Positions 11,058-23,933 of a stretch of DNA of 64,000 nt are shown here, piece after piece. This DNA comes from Octopus sinensis. Lineage: Eukaryota. The DNA lies in contig NC_042998.1 of the NCBI RefSeq assembly GCF_006345805.1, positions 97,154,001 to 97,218,000 on the forward strand, in the 5' to 3' direction. Numbering within the stretch: position 1 is the first letter of the stretch; every line of letters starts with the position of its first letter. A program made the position numbers and the translations under genes. The notes beneath the pieces are model-generated. The model saw only the letters and a program-made list of their open reading frames with translations. It was not told where the DNA came from and searched no databases.

Positions 11058-13531
11058 CAGGGATCCCAAAAACATGGGGCATGCATGACCCACAAACTAC
11101 TTTTCAGTGGCTTGCAGCAGAACCATTTTTGTAACCAGTACTTTCCTAAAATTTAGTACTTTGTTCCTTGCCCATTCCATATAATCATTTTAAGATTAAC
11201 CAGTGTCTGACCATGTTTCATAATATTTTCTGTTACCTTCACTTCAAGTTGAAAAGTAGAAATAGGTATCCAATTTCATATACATTTAAAAAAACATGAT
11301 TACATTAAGATGTATTGTGGTGGAGGAGTGATTGAAATGACAGACAACTAACACACACAAACAGAAAATCATAGAAAATGTTCAAGAGTGGAATGTTAAA
11401 TAAACAGAAATTTTGAAGAAGGATGTATTTTAGTCAACCATATGATTAAGATTTTTTTTTTTAAATGTCAGTATCAAAGAAAAGGAGAACTGAAGTTTTC
11501 AAGAAAAATGGGAATATTTGTATTTTGTAACGGAGCTAAATATTTGATATATCTGCATAATATTGCTGTACAAAAAGAATATAAGATAAGGAGACATTAT
11601 GAAACAACATACAGTGATCTGTATAATGCATTAACTGGGAACAACAGAAGAAAGGAGAGAGCAGTTGAAGTCCTTTTTTGAGGCAACAGTTTTTTTCTTT
11701 TTTCAACTTGAACAAAAGTGAAAATGCTATAAGGGCAAGTTTTGCTCTCAGGGAAATGATTGAAAAATCATGACAAAGGTAATTTTATTAAAGACTGTCT
11801 TTTACAAGCTAGAGAAATACTCTGTCTGAAGAAAAGAAGAATGTTTGAAATCAGTAGCCTATCTCCTAATATTGTTGCCAGCTGTATTACCAGCATTTGG
11901 CTACTGCTGCTGAAGTTCTTGAAAATTTTTTATTGCACTTGCTTACAGCTTACTGCAGTCTTTATGCAACAACCATGGATTTTATGTTCAGCTTCAAATT
12001 GTGTAAATTAACCAGCTTTAACATGGATTGTAAATGTTCATTGGTCTTGAGTGTAATGCTGATTTATTTATTTTCATTGCTGAGAAAAACTACTCACAAA
12101 TGTATATTGGATTTACTACCACAGAAGGGAATAGTATTGGAGTGAGATATATTTAGGGAACTAAAAAAGAGCATTGAGTGTGCAGGATTGAATTGGATAA
12201 AATTTGTGTCAATGGCAACAGATTGTGCATCTGCAATGTGTTCTGGAAAGGTGGGTTTTTGTAGGCCCTTTTAAAGAAAAGCTGAACAGGTTTGGTTTGC
12301 TTATCTCGGCTATCAATTACCATCTGCACCACGAGTCACAGTGTAAGAAAAGGCTGCAGATGGAAAACATGGGTGTGGTTGTGAAAACCAAGTACTTGCA
12401 GGCAAGAGCTCTTAGCCACCAACTGTTCATGTCTTTTTTTAACGACTATGGATGGTGAATATGGAGAGCTTTTGTTTCATTCAAAAGTAAGGTGGCTCTG
12501 TTGAGGAACTGTTTACAAGAGATTTTTTTTTTAAAGAAATTGGATTGCTTTTTGGTAATAAAAGGAAAAAATTCATTCAAGTTAAGTGATCTAATCTTTG
12601 TAAAGCTTGCATTACTCACTGATCTGAATGACCATTTTTACGCTCTAAACTTGAAACTCCAGGGCTCAAAGCTGGTTATAACAATGATGTACAACAGTGT
12701 GAAGTCTTTTGAGTGTAAGCTTTTGATATGAGCAAAGGAGTTTGCAAGCAGGAACTTAGTTCACTTCATGGCCTTGCATTTAAAAAGGTTACCTTACTTG
12801 AAAGAATATGCCAATATAATTTTAAAACTACATGCAGATTTTGACTGACACTTTCAAGCCTTTTTATCATTAGAAAGGTAATTATGCTTTTTGCTACCTA
12901 CTCCACTGACTGTGAATGTTGATACTATTTCTAATGGAGTTGGTGTAATTTCAGTCCCATACTATATGAAAGCAGAAATATGCAAAGGTTGGTGTTTCTG
13001 ATTTCTACTACTTCCTTCCAAGTGAGATATTTCCCATATTGCTTGCCTCATCTTGGCAAATTCTGGCCATGTTTGGATGCATATTGTGAGTAGTTTTTCT
13101 CAACAATGAAAATAAATAAATCAGCATTGCACTCAAGACCAAAGAACATTTACAATCCATGTTGAGGCTGGTTAATTTACACAATTTAAAGCTGAACATA
13201 AAATCCATGATTGTTGCAAAATGCTGCCAGAAATGATATTCAAGATAAACTGGTTGGGATCAAATGAAGATGATTATGACTATTTTACTTTCCATATAAG
13301 TCAGTAAACAAATATTTAAAAAAAAATATTATTTTAATTCACATTTTCTACTAATTCACATATCCCACTCACTATCATATGCATATTCATTTTGATGAAT
13401 AAATTTGCCTATTGATTTTGATGACTGCATATTCATTTTGTTGAATAAGTAAATATCAGCCTATCAGTGGAAATCATGCACTGTACTTTTCCCCCAAGGG
13501 TTTTTTTGTGTCCTTGAGTTTGAGACCAATG
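11058..13531 (+). mobile_element. Decayed hAT (Charlie/SPIN-like) DNA transposon
   Basis: Broken transposase motifs KEYKIRRHYET, EYGELLFHSKVRWL, LALLTDLNDH...LNLKLQG; CA...TG termini; 8-bp TSD TTCTAGTC/TTTTAGTC (7/8). Confidence 0.88.
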
Positions 13532-13666
13532 TTTTAGTCAGATGCCTTACTGCACATTGTAGATAAAGTTCTGTTACTTGCTCATGTGTGCTTCATATTA
13601 TGGACACAGTGAAAGTAGTTGTGAATTAATTTAGATGAGAAAAGTTCTATTCATCCAAAATATATA

Positions 13667-14066
13667 GGCGTAGGAGTGGCTGTGTGGTAAGTAGCTTGCT
13701 TTCAAACCACATGGTTCTGGGTTCAGTCCCACTGCATGGCACCTTGGGCAAGTGTCTTCTACTATAACCTCAGGCTGACCAAAGCCTTGTGAGTGGATTT
13801 GATTGGTAGACGGAAACTGAAAGAAGCCTGTCATATGTGTATGCGTGTGTGTATATGTTTGTGTGTCTGTGTTTGTCCCCCCAACATCACTTGACAACCG
13901 ATGCTGGTGTGTTTACATCCCTGTAACTTAGTGGTTCGACAAAAGAGACTGATAGAATAAGTACTAGGCTTACAAAGAATAAGTCCTGGGGTCGATTTGC
14001 TTGACTAAAGGTGGCGCTCCAGCATGGCCTCAGACAAATGACTGAAACATGTAAAAGAGTAAAAAT
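13667..14066 (+). mobile_element. tRNA-derived SINE family B, full-length copy
   Basis: tRNA-like head with GGGTTCAGTCCC B-box, central (TG/TA)n tract, aaagagtaaa tail. Other copies at approx. 23692-24265(-), 54188-54510(-), 55664-56342(-), 57585-57960(+), 41105-41230(+), 39900-40035(-). Confidence 0.85.
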
Positions 14067-14369
14067 AGTAACTTCAATTCAGAAAGTCCTTAGAGCTCTC
14101 TGAGTATTTGGGGAAAAAAAAATGTATTTTACTGGTATTCTAATTAGTTGTTGACAGCTTCTGTTACCTAGGTAATCTGGTCAGTGAAGAAGACTGCTCT
14201 AAAGTATAGTAAAATAAGGTGGAATAGTTCATGAGGCAATTAATTTGCTGACTAGAGGATCCAGTCTTTAAGCAGAAGATATGATGCTTATTTATGGACA
14301 GTGGTGTACATGATAATAGGATGTAAGCACTTAATGCAGAAGAACTGAAGCACACATACTTCATTGGCT

Positions 14370-14690
14370 ATGTTGTGTTAGTGTGCATGAATGATGAGGC
14401 ACAGATGAGAGAAAAAGTGGGTAGAAAATGAATCAGATTTAGTGCGAAAGAGAGGTTGCTGTCTTGGTAGAGTCATGTATGCCTACAGAGGACAAGAGTT
14501 GGACAAGTGAATGTCAGGAGATGCATATGGAAGGGAACTGGAAGAGGAAGAACCAGGAAAACATGGACAATAGAGGTAAGTGCAGATCTTAGGATGTCAA
14601 AGGAACTCAGCCAGTGCTGAGATGCTGTGTTGGATCCATCTAACCCATGCAGTCATGGAAAAGCAGAAGTAAAAATCATGAGGATTAAAG
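14370..14690 (+). mobile_element. Highly decayed RTE-clade LINE 3' end (approx. boundaries)
   Basis: gagagaaaaagtgggt...gaagaggaagaaccaggaaaacatgg resembles the 58836-59108 fragment; ends in a ccatctaacccatgc...gaaaag tail. Confidence 0.55.
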
Positions 14691-15455
14691 GTTAATTATT
14701 GAATAAGTTAAGTGTAATTCATTATATTGACCTCAGTTACTTTATCAACCTTTGAGATGTAAAAGACAAGATTTAAGCTTACAACATAGAAATACATAAT
14801 ATATCATAACAAGAACACATTCTTCCCCATGTCCTGTTTCTGTGAAGTCATTTAGTTTACTCTTCTCTCATAGTTTCAGCACTCTCATCTTTGTTGATCT
14901 TGTAAGATAAGTTGTGGGCTAGAAACAAATGATTCTGAAATTAAGCCTTGTTAAATGACATAGAATGAGGGGATATGAAAACAATCAGATAATTCTTCCT
15001 GGTTAGACTGGGCAGTTGGATGTTTTTTCTGTTTCCAACTTGTTCCTGCTTTTCAAGCAATAGATTTTTAATGCTACAAGTCTTTGGAAGTGCTGTGTGG
15101 CTGCTTTAGATATCAAGAAGGCATGTAATACTATTATCATCCTTTGCTTAAGTGGTAACAAGCTTGGAATATGAACATTCATGCATATTTATTCATGCAT
15201 GCACACATACATGAGAATTATAGTTGAAGAACTAGGTAAATTAAAAAGATATGGCATGTACTATATATATATAAATATATATATATAATGAAAAAGTCAG
15301 AAAATCTACATGTGTAAAATTGTATTGAAAATAGAGAAGAAAATTGACCGATTATCTTTGGTTGGATGCATGAATATTTTGCATTTTTAATCATAAAGAT
15401 TCTAATGCATTTTCTTCTTGATTTTTTTTTCAATATATCTGTGTGTGTGTGTGTC

Positions 15456-15497
<42 letters not shown>

Positions 15498-15983
15498 TTA
15501 CTGGCTGAATACTTATTTTGTGCATAAATAATAAATCCATCACCATAATACAAAATTAGGTATTCTATTTAATTTATTAACATTAAGAGCCAGCTAAGTA
15601 ATGCTAAATATAAAAAAAAAAGTTTATGGCCAAATTTTTGTGTGCATAAATAATAAATCCACCATCATTGAGGTGATGAGAGAAATCCATTTCTGTTAAT
15701 ATTTTTGTTCTGGTTTCAAACTCAGATTAAAAAAAAAAATTTACTACAATTGTTGTTAAATTTTTTTTGTCATTCTTTTCTTTTTTTTTGTGTAAATGAT
15801 AGGCAGTAATGAAAAGGTGTTAATGCATTATTTTATGACAGTCGGTAGAAAAGAGCGAAACATGAAGCCAAACACAACACACTAGTGCATAGTTTTCATT
15901 TGATTGCCAGATAGCTTAGGAAGGATTCTTTTTCTTTTTTGATTAGCTTACTGCATATTGCACAGCAAACTTCTGTAATATAA

Positions 15984-15989
15984 TTTATT
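15984..15989 (-). promoter_or_regulatory. Candidate hemicentin polyadenylation signal AATAAA
   Basis: tttatt on + about 115 nt past the stop codon on the minus strand. Usage is unverified. Confidence 0.3.
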
Positions 15990-16104
15990 GGTTATTCAGT
16001 TAAAAGCGCTGAATATTCAATGAATTGTATTTTATGGTTTTTCTATACCATATGGAATATGGCACAAAGTATTTTCCAAAATCTGCTTCTAAAATATTTG
16101 TCTC

Positions 16105-16474
16105 TCAGTATGGAAAATCTGATATTGATATATAAACAATGAATGTGGTTTGGTACCGCAACTTATTGACTAGGTCATATGATTTAGCTCGAACTTTAAT
16201 TTTATATATTTGTCCTCCTTTCAAGGTTCTATTCGTGGAGACTATACCTTTGCCACCCTCCAGTCTTATATGGAACAGTCTCCTATGGTTTTCAACAATT
16301 TCAAAAATTGTATTACGTAACTGAAATTTATTTTGATTGAAAACAACAAGTCTGATGAGGTCCTGTTGTGGTTGCACACCACTAGGTAATGCTAAAATGC
16401 GGTATTCAATTATTTCGGTTCCACTTGCTGGGCAGTTTGGATCTGAGTCTGGATCACATTCCAAAATACAATAG
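16105..16474 (-). CDS. HMCN1: Hemicentin-1-like terminal exon, fibulin-type C-terminal domain (YCILECDP...QDLIRLV...YQTTFIVYISISDFPY*)
   Basis: Acceptor AG at 16476-16475 after a pyrimidine tract, phase 2. QDLIRLV and YQTTFIVYI.xS.xPY match the hemicentin C-terminus as I recall it. Confidence 0.93.
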
Positions 16475-16494
16475 CTAAAAAAGAAAGAAAATAA

Positions 16495-17897
16495 TAATAC
16501 AAATTAATCATTAGAATACAAACATGAATTTTCAGTTTTTTTTCTCAATTACTTTTTAGAAATTAGCCTTATGGCAGGTAAGTGATGAATGCTATGGGCA
16601 TCTTGACATTGTCCTGTGCCATGAAATAAAGTCAATCACTATATATTTTTTTTTAATTTAAAAAGAAATGAATTTATTGTTACAATATACTTAATTACAT
16701 AAATACTCCACATAAAAGTCCAAAACAGAGTTAAATATAATCATGTGTGAAGAAAAAAAAAAGAAAAAACATCAATCTAGCTCTAAGTCACACACCATAA
16801 GGGTCAACAGAACTTATTGAAGCAAGCCAACATTGCTTGTAGCATTACCATGAGCGATGGTGAGGCTAAGGTGTTGGAACAGCCAAGCACTTTCATAGGC
16901 ATCACCTGACACCTTGGTAATGATGACAAGTCACTAATAATGACAAGAACTTCACTGTCAGTGGCCCAGCTCCTCCAAATGTCTAAAATGTCACAGGCTG
17001 GAAGAAATGGTTCACCAGCAAGTCCTGATACTTTCTTTGACCTTATGACAAATGTTATACTGTTTATCTCTTATTTAATGAGTAACTGAGTTTAAAATAG
17101 ACCACTGGTAGCCAACATGAAGAAATCCACATGAATGTTTATAGCTGCTCTTCTAATTAATAATTATGTGCAATAAAAAAAAGAAAGGAAATATTAATAC
17201 AAATTAATCATTAGAATACAAACATGAATTTTCAGTTTTTTTTCTCAATTACTTTTTAGAAATTAGCCTTATGGCAGGTAAGTGATGAATGCTATGGGCA
17301 TCTTGACATTGTCCTGTGCCATGAAATAAAGTCAATCACTATATATTTTTTTTTAATTTAAAAAGAAATGAATTTATTGTTACAATATACTTAATTACAT
17401 AAATACTCCACATAAAAGTCCAAAACAGAGTTAAATATAATCATGTGTGAAGAAAAAAAAAAGAAAAAACATCAATCTAGCTCTAAGTCACACACCATAA
17501 GGGTCAACAGAACTTATTGAAGCAAGCCAACATTGCTTGTAGCATTACCATGAGCGATGGTGAGGCTAAGGTGTTGGAACAGCCAAGCACTTTCATAGGC
17601 ATCACCTGACACCTTGGTAATGATGACAAGTCACTAATAATGACAAGAACTTCACTGTCAGTGGCCCAGCTCCTCCAAATGTCTAAAATGTCACAGGCTG
17701 GAAGAAATGGTTCACCAGCAAGTCCTGATACTTTCTTTGACCTTATGACAAATGTTATACTGTTTATCTCTTATTTAATGAGTAACTGAGTTTAAAATAG
17801 ACCACTGGTAGCCAACATGAAGAAATCCACATGAATGTTTATAGCTGCTCTTCTAATTAATAATTATGTGCAATAAAAAAAAGAAAGGAAATATTAA
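16495..17897 (+). repeat. Tandem duplication, 700-bp period (16495-17197 and 17195-17897)
   Basis: No differences seen in the stretches compared by eye, including homopolymer lengths. Confidence 0.95.
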
Positions 17898-18084
17898 AAA
17901 AAAATCTTTAGAATCAGACCTCATCAAAATTTTAAGGACTAAACTAGGTCTCAAATCCAGTAGTGAAAAGCCACCTCTGATTACATTTTCTAGACTTGTA
18001 TTTGAAGGATTTATTAAATAAACTCATAATTCTTCTCAGTATTAAATGTTCTTTTGCTTAAAAAAAGAAAATGCAATTCATAAT

Positions 18085-18350
18085 CATCATCATCATCGTT
18101 TAACATCAGCTTTCCATGCTAGCATAGATTGGACAATTTGATTGAGGACTGGTGAACCAGATGACTGCGGCAGGCTCCAATCTGCTCTGGTAGAGATTCT
18201 ACAGCTGGATGCCCTTCCTAACACCAACCCCTCCAAGAGTGTAGTGGGTGCTTTTATGTGCTACCAGCACGAGGGCCAGTCAGGCAGTACTGGCAATGGC
18301 TACACTCAAATGGTGTTTTTTACGTACCACCTGCACAGGAGCAAATATTT
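18085..18350 (-). mobile_element. SINE family C with an RTE-like (GAT)n tail
   Basis: Recurrent catcatcgtttaac...catgctagcatggg...ctggatgcccttcctaa...ccactcc block. Copies at approx. 550-770, 790-950, 5230-5570, 9190-9475 (opposite), 9700-9915 (opposite), 23935-24092, 26300-26405 (opposite). Confidence 0.75.
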
Positions 18351-19851
18351 TCGTCGCTTTGAGACCGTGACCTGTTCATTGACAAAATTCTGTGCTGCAT
18401 CTCAAAGCAATGAAAATATTTTGGCAAATTAAATTTAAATGTTGAAGTGAATCTAACGGTTTTTGCGTGTTTCTTAAATAGCTTATAAACACCTTCCACA
18501 CTGCAATTGTCTAATAATTATGCCAATCCACTATCTTGGCATTTTCTGGTGAATAATAGCCAGAATATCCTTAAAAAAGAAAGCCTGATTTTATTGAACA
18601 AATGTTTACAAATTGTAACTCTATTTTTAAGTGACCGAAGTTTAAAAAACCTTGGACCTGAGAGCTAGAGTTTCTTGCTTAAAACACTCTCCAAACTGGT
18701 CTTATTTCATATCAGAGTTACTTCAATCATCATCATCCAGTGTTTTAAATCCAGCTATTGTCCCCATTAACAGGGGTGGCTGGATCTACCTCAATGCCAT
18801 AACGACCATGGTGGGCAGATGCAGCCCACCCCAACCTTTGGGCTGGTTGGTGTCCATCTTCTTTGCTATCAAGAGGCTTTTTTTGGAGCTGAATTTTCTA
18901 CAGGGGGCATGGTCTTGCTTACCTCCAACCTCAGTTTTTAGTGGTCCCAAGACCAAAGCCTCTACCATGATTTTTAAGAAATATGGTGGAAAACTAGCCC
19001 AGGAAGGCAGGTATACTACTCTCTGAGATCCCTTTCGGAGTCCCCCAACCTATATCAGAGTTACTTTAATACTGATTTCAAATTTTGGCACAAAGCTAGC
19101 AATTTGGGGGGGGGGGGAGGGTTAAGTCAATTGCATCAACTGCAGTGCTCAACTGATATTTATTTTATTGACCCTGAAAGAACAAAAGGTAAAGTTGACC
19201 TCAATGGAATTTGAACTCAGAATGTAAAGACAAATGAAATGCCACTAAGCATTTTCTCTGGCGTGCTAACAATTCTGCCAGCTTGCTGCCTTAAAGAGTT
19301 ACTTTAATATTAGGTTTGGCATTTGTCTTGGAGGGTAGGAAGGGTTGCACAAACAAGGATGGAGATGACATAGAAAAGCTAGTTAAATCAAATCAAAAAA
19401 TAGGAATAAATATAAATTAAAATAAATTCAAGAAGTCTAGGAGTGGTTAGGTCAGTGTGTGGAAGAGAAACAGGAAAAGTGACAGGAAGTCAGGATAAAT
19501 AACACTCAGCTCTGCTTACACACACACACACACACACACACACGAATACTTATATGGGAAGTATCATAAGAAAACCAGCCCTCTGTTGGTTATGACTTTA
19601 AAGGTTCCAGTTGATCTGATCAATGGAACAGCTGGCTTGTGAAATTAACATGCAAGCACTCCATAGACACATGTACCCTTAATGTAGTTCTCAGGGAGAT
19701 TCAACATAACACAGAATGTGACAGGGCCAGCCCTTTGGATTACATGTACAACTCAATTTTGCCAGCTGAGTGGATTGGAGCAATGTGAAACAAAGTGTCT
19801 TGCTCAAGGACACAATGTGCTGCCAGGAATCAAACTCATGACTTTTTACGA

Positions 19852-20340
19852 TTGGGAATCACTGGGTTAAGGTATTTAGGTCAAAATGTGGGACTTGGGA
19901 AATTTGCAGTGGGGCATGGGATCCAAACTTTTTCTTTTTTTTTAAGCGGGACATGGAATTGCGAAAATCTTTTTTTCACAGCAAACATACTACACCTATA
20001 CTCAGCTTAGCCAAACCAATCCCTCCAGCCAAACATACTGTGTGAAGACTGTTTGCTATAGGATAGTGCTGTTCTAACAAAATTGTCTCCTCAAATCAAG
20101 GAAATCTGTCACAGTTAGGCACAAGATTCTCATTAAAGAAATTTACTTTTTTTCTCTTAGTCAATACTGTACTTTCTTTTGGAACTCAGTACTTAAGAGT
20201 TACTGGTAGATTCTTTTGTATCAAATAACTGTGATAGAATATTAAAAATAAAATCCTTTTTTTTTCAACCACCAGTGGGGCATGCATTTTTCTGGAAAAC
20301 TATAGTGGGGGCCTGGGGGAAAATAGGTTGGGAAACACTG
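19852..20340. mobile_element. hAT-type MITE inserted in a family D SINE, with its left end apparently inverted
   Basis: Right terminus ttgggaaacactg followed by ccctaacc. Left terminus plus TSD present as the reverse complement (see findings). Confidence 0.6.
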
Positions 20341-20701
20341 CCCTAACCAGTAAGTCACATGCTTTCACAGTATCATAGTGGTTAGAGGAAGAAGGTGACA
20401 GTGACTGGGGTCAGTTAGCCTTTGGAAAATCATACTTTATATAAGATAATATATGATATAAATGATATATATATATATATATCACATGTGTAAACTTCAT
20501 TCTTATATGCACACTTCCAGGCAAATATCTACATATATCTACATATATGTACATATATCTACAAAAATATCATAACCATGTGGTCTTGAGTTCAGTTCCA
20601 CTGTGCAGCATCTTGGACAAGTGCCTTCTACTAGAGCCCCAGGGCCAATAAACCTTTGTGAATAGATTAGGTAGACAAAAACTGAAGGAAGTTCATTGTG
20701 T

Positions 20702-21360
20702 ATGATGGCCGTCCACTCGTGACTGAGGAAGACCATTGATGACCTTCAGGAACATTGTGTGCTCTAGGATCAACTTATATTTTGCATTTGCAGCTCAATT
20801 GGTGTCTAATGAGACCTGCTCTTGACAAGCATACATGACTGCAAACATTGCAGACCAAGCTTTCCCCATTCACTACACCAGCAGTGTGCTTTCAAGCAGC
20901 TTGCTTAAGTTCTTCATGCAGAATATTTTGCTCTCTCAAAGGTGTCAACCATCTTTTTAACCTGCTCCCTCCATTTGTGGTGATGACAGGCATTGCTCTC
21001 CCAGTCAGTCTCCTGCATATCACAGGCCTTTAGTGAGGACTTGACACAGTCCTTAAATTGCAGCCTTGGTTTCTGCTGGGGTCTCTTTCCATTCACAAGT
21101 TCCCCATATAGAATCTGCTTAGGTATCCTGCTATCCTTCATACTAATAAGGTGTCCAGTCCAACGTAACCAGTGCTTGTGCACCATCAACTCAATACTCA
21201 AGATATCAGCTGTCCTCAGGACCTGTGTGTCTGGAGTTTTTAAGGTCCAGCCAACATTCAAAATGTATCTGAGACATTTCTGATGAAGGCGTTCAAGGAC
21301 CCTTACATGACATTTGTAAAGGGTCCATGTCTCATATGAGTAAAAGAGTGATGTCATCGC
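20702..21360 (-). mobile_element. RTE/BovB-like LINE, 3' fragment
   Basis: ORF 20914-21357: ETWTLY...RLHQKCLR.IL...LRWTGHL..M.DSRIPKQILYGEL...RP...R..FKD, the RTE C-terminal pattern. Confidence 0.9.
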
Positions 21361-22466
21361 TCATTGTGTATACATACATATTTGTACGTGTATATATATA
21401 TGGGTAAGTATGTTTGTATGGACCCTTATCCTAACTTCATGGTTGTAAACAAGTGTCACAGTCACAAAAAAGGTGTTGTTCATTTCCAGACTTCCATTAA
21501 AATCATGTCTAGCCATGGGGAAATATTAGTTTGCTTGAAAACAGGTGAGAGCTGGTGATTAGAATGAGACATGGCTGTAGAAAATCTACCTCAGCATATT
21601 CCATCTGATTCATGCAAGCATAGAAAAGTGAGTGGTAAAGGATGATTTAATGTTAGCCAATATAAATGTTTGTATGTTGATTTCTATAATCACACTCAAT
21701 ATCAAGTAGAGGAAGTGAGAGGGAGAGTTGAAGAGAAATATAAAGACAGTTAAAATGAGAGGTGTAAGATGAGTGCACATACTAGGCTTGGTACAGGCAA
21801 TGAATAAACAAACACTATACACACACACACACACACATACACACAATGAGAGACAAAGAACCATATAAGCAGAAGAGAAAGAGGTGAGAGAATAAATGAC
21901 AGTAGTTATGGAATGAGTTATACAATCAGGAAATTTGTTGTATTTAATTTTATTGTAAGATAATAAATATCTTTCTTTTGAAAATTAGCATTAATTTCAT
22001 CATTTTGTATAAGAACCAAAAGATTTGACAAAAGTTAAATAATAATAATTGTTGTATGTATGTCATATTTGCTAATAATACACAAGGTAGCAAAAGCATA
22101 CTTCTAAGGTTACCCATCATAGACAAGTAACATTTCATATATACATATATGAATATTCAACATTTAAAAGTGAATGTTGTGTTAGAACACACAAATACTG
22201 TGATATTTACCAAGAGAGAAAGCTCTTATATGGTTATCTGCTGTATAAAAGTGCATCAAAGCGATCACAAGTGGGAGACAAATCACTGGTACTTCCACTG
22301 CCAAGACTACCAGGTCATATGATTTTAGCTTCATTTGGCCTTGTCAATGATAGATACCTTGCAGTTGTATTTGTGTGTTGTAGTGCAACATCCATATTTA
22401 AGTGATGAATATTTCACCTTTTTGTATTAATACTGCTTCTGTTGCTATATATATATATAATATATA

Positions 22467-22498
<32 letters not shown>

Positions 22499-23896
22499 CC
22501 ACCTCCAACAATAGAGAACAGTCACCATATTTCATTCCATAATGGCTACCTCAGATGAGCACAGGGTTACATAATCTGACTGTTACCTAACACTCTGCTG
22601 AATCCCTAGCATGAAACTGATCATCATCATCATCATCATTTAGTGTCTATCGTCCATGCTGGCATGGGTTGGACGGTCTGAACTTTGCCCAGCCTAATCT
22701 TATTCTCACAACTATGCTCTCAGAGCATCCATCTCTGCTAATAGCTTGGTCACCTGGATAATGGAAGCTATCTACTACCTTTATCAACTAGAAAATAGAC
22801 TCCATCAACTGTCAGGCAATTGATGGTGTCTATTTTTAGTCTTTATTGTAGCTGTGCATATTTTACACACAAAACCTATTTTCCCTGTTAACGTTCCTCT
22901 GATATTGCTGCACCTCTTATGTGTCTATAGCTTATTCCGGGTACATCTTATGGAGTTTCTACCTACGCCTTTTCTACAGATCGAGCAAGGGATTTGTGGT
23001 TTGTCTGCCTTCCTACTTACTAAGACTTTGGCTTTTGCTAGGTTAACTCTAAGGCCCCCTTAATTCTAGACCTTGCTTCCACACCTGAAACTTATTGCTT
23101 GGAGGACTATGATGAACAAGAGGGGCCTGAGGACCAATCCCTGGTAAACCCCCATTTGTACCTTGAATTCTTTGTTGTACTCATTGAATGTATGTGCCAA
23201 GAATTAGATACTCATTTAAAAAAATTAATTCTGAAGTAATGAAATAGATTTGGAATGGGAGGGAGCCAGTTCAACACCTTCCCACAAAAAAAAACAAAAA
23301 AAAATAACAACAACAACAGCAACATAGAAGTGGACATGATGAAATTGAAACTTTAACAATCTAAGAATGCTGTTTGAGAAATGGCCATGTTCCCTTTACT
23401 AGAACAAATATACACAAATTGTGTAGTCAGCTCTGAAAACGTTTAGTTATCAAAAATGGCAATTATATCAAAGGTACCAGTTAATGTATGCAAGAAATGA
23501 TTTTTGCATATATAATCAGATAATGTAATTGGATAAAGAATGTTGGATCAAGAAACAAAGAAGCACTTGAGATTGAAATAAGACAAGGAAACTTGGAATG
23601 AAATAGTTTTCCATCTATTCTCATTTATCATGGGGGTGGGGATGGAGTGGGACTTTATTCTAAAATCACATCTGTGATAAAAGAATCATTTACTCTTTTA
23701 CTTGTTTAAGTCATTTGACTGCAGCCATGCTGGAGCACCACCTTTAGTCGAGTAAATCGACCCCAGGATTTATTCTTTGGAAACCTAGTACTTATTCTAT
23801 CGGTCTCTTTTGCCGAACCGCTAAGTTACGGGACGTAAACAAACCACCATTGGTTGTCAAGCGATGTTGAGGGGACAAACACAGACACACAAACAT

Positions 23897-23933
<37 letters not shown>

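Noticed and set aside
13667-13745. tRNA-like sequences with A/B boxes as tRNA genes
   Set aside because: They are heads of multi-copy SINEs followed by family-specific bodies, and I could not build a cloverleaf.
16575-16583. Perfect plus-strand donor consensus CAG|GTAAGT (also at 17275-17283), hinting at an antisense spliced transcript
   Set aside because: A single 9-mer is expected by chance in 64 kb, the second copy is only the duplication, and there is no supporting exon or ORF.
16800-17100. Possible LINE remnant within the duplicated unit
   Set aside because: No recognisable RT or endonuclease motif in the minus-strand reading I examined.
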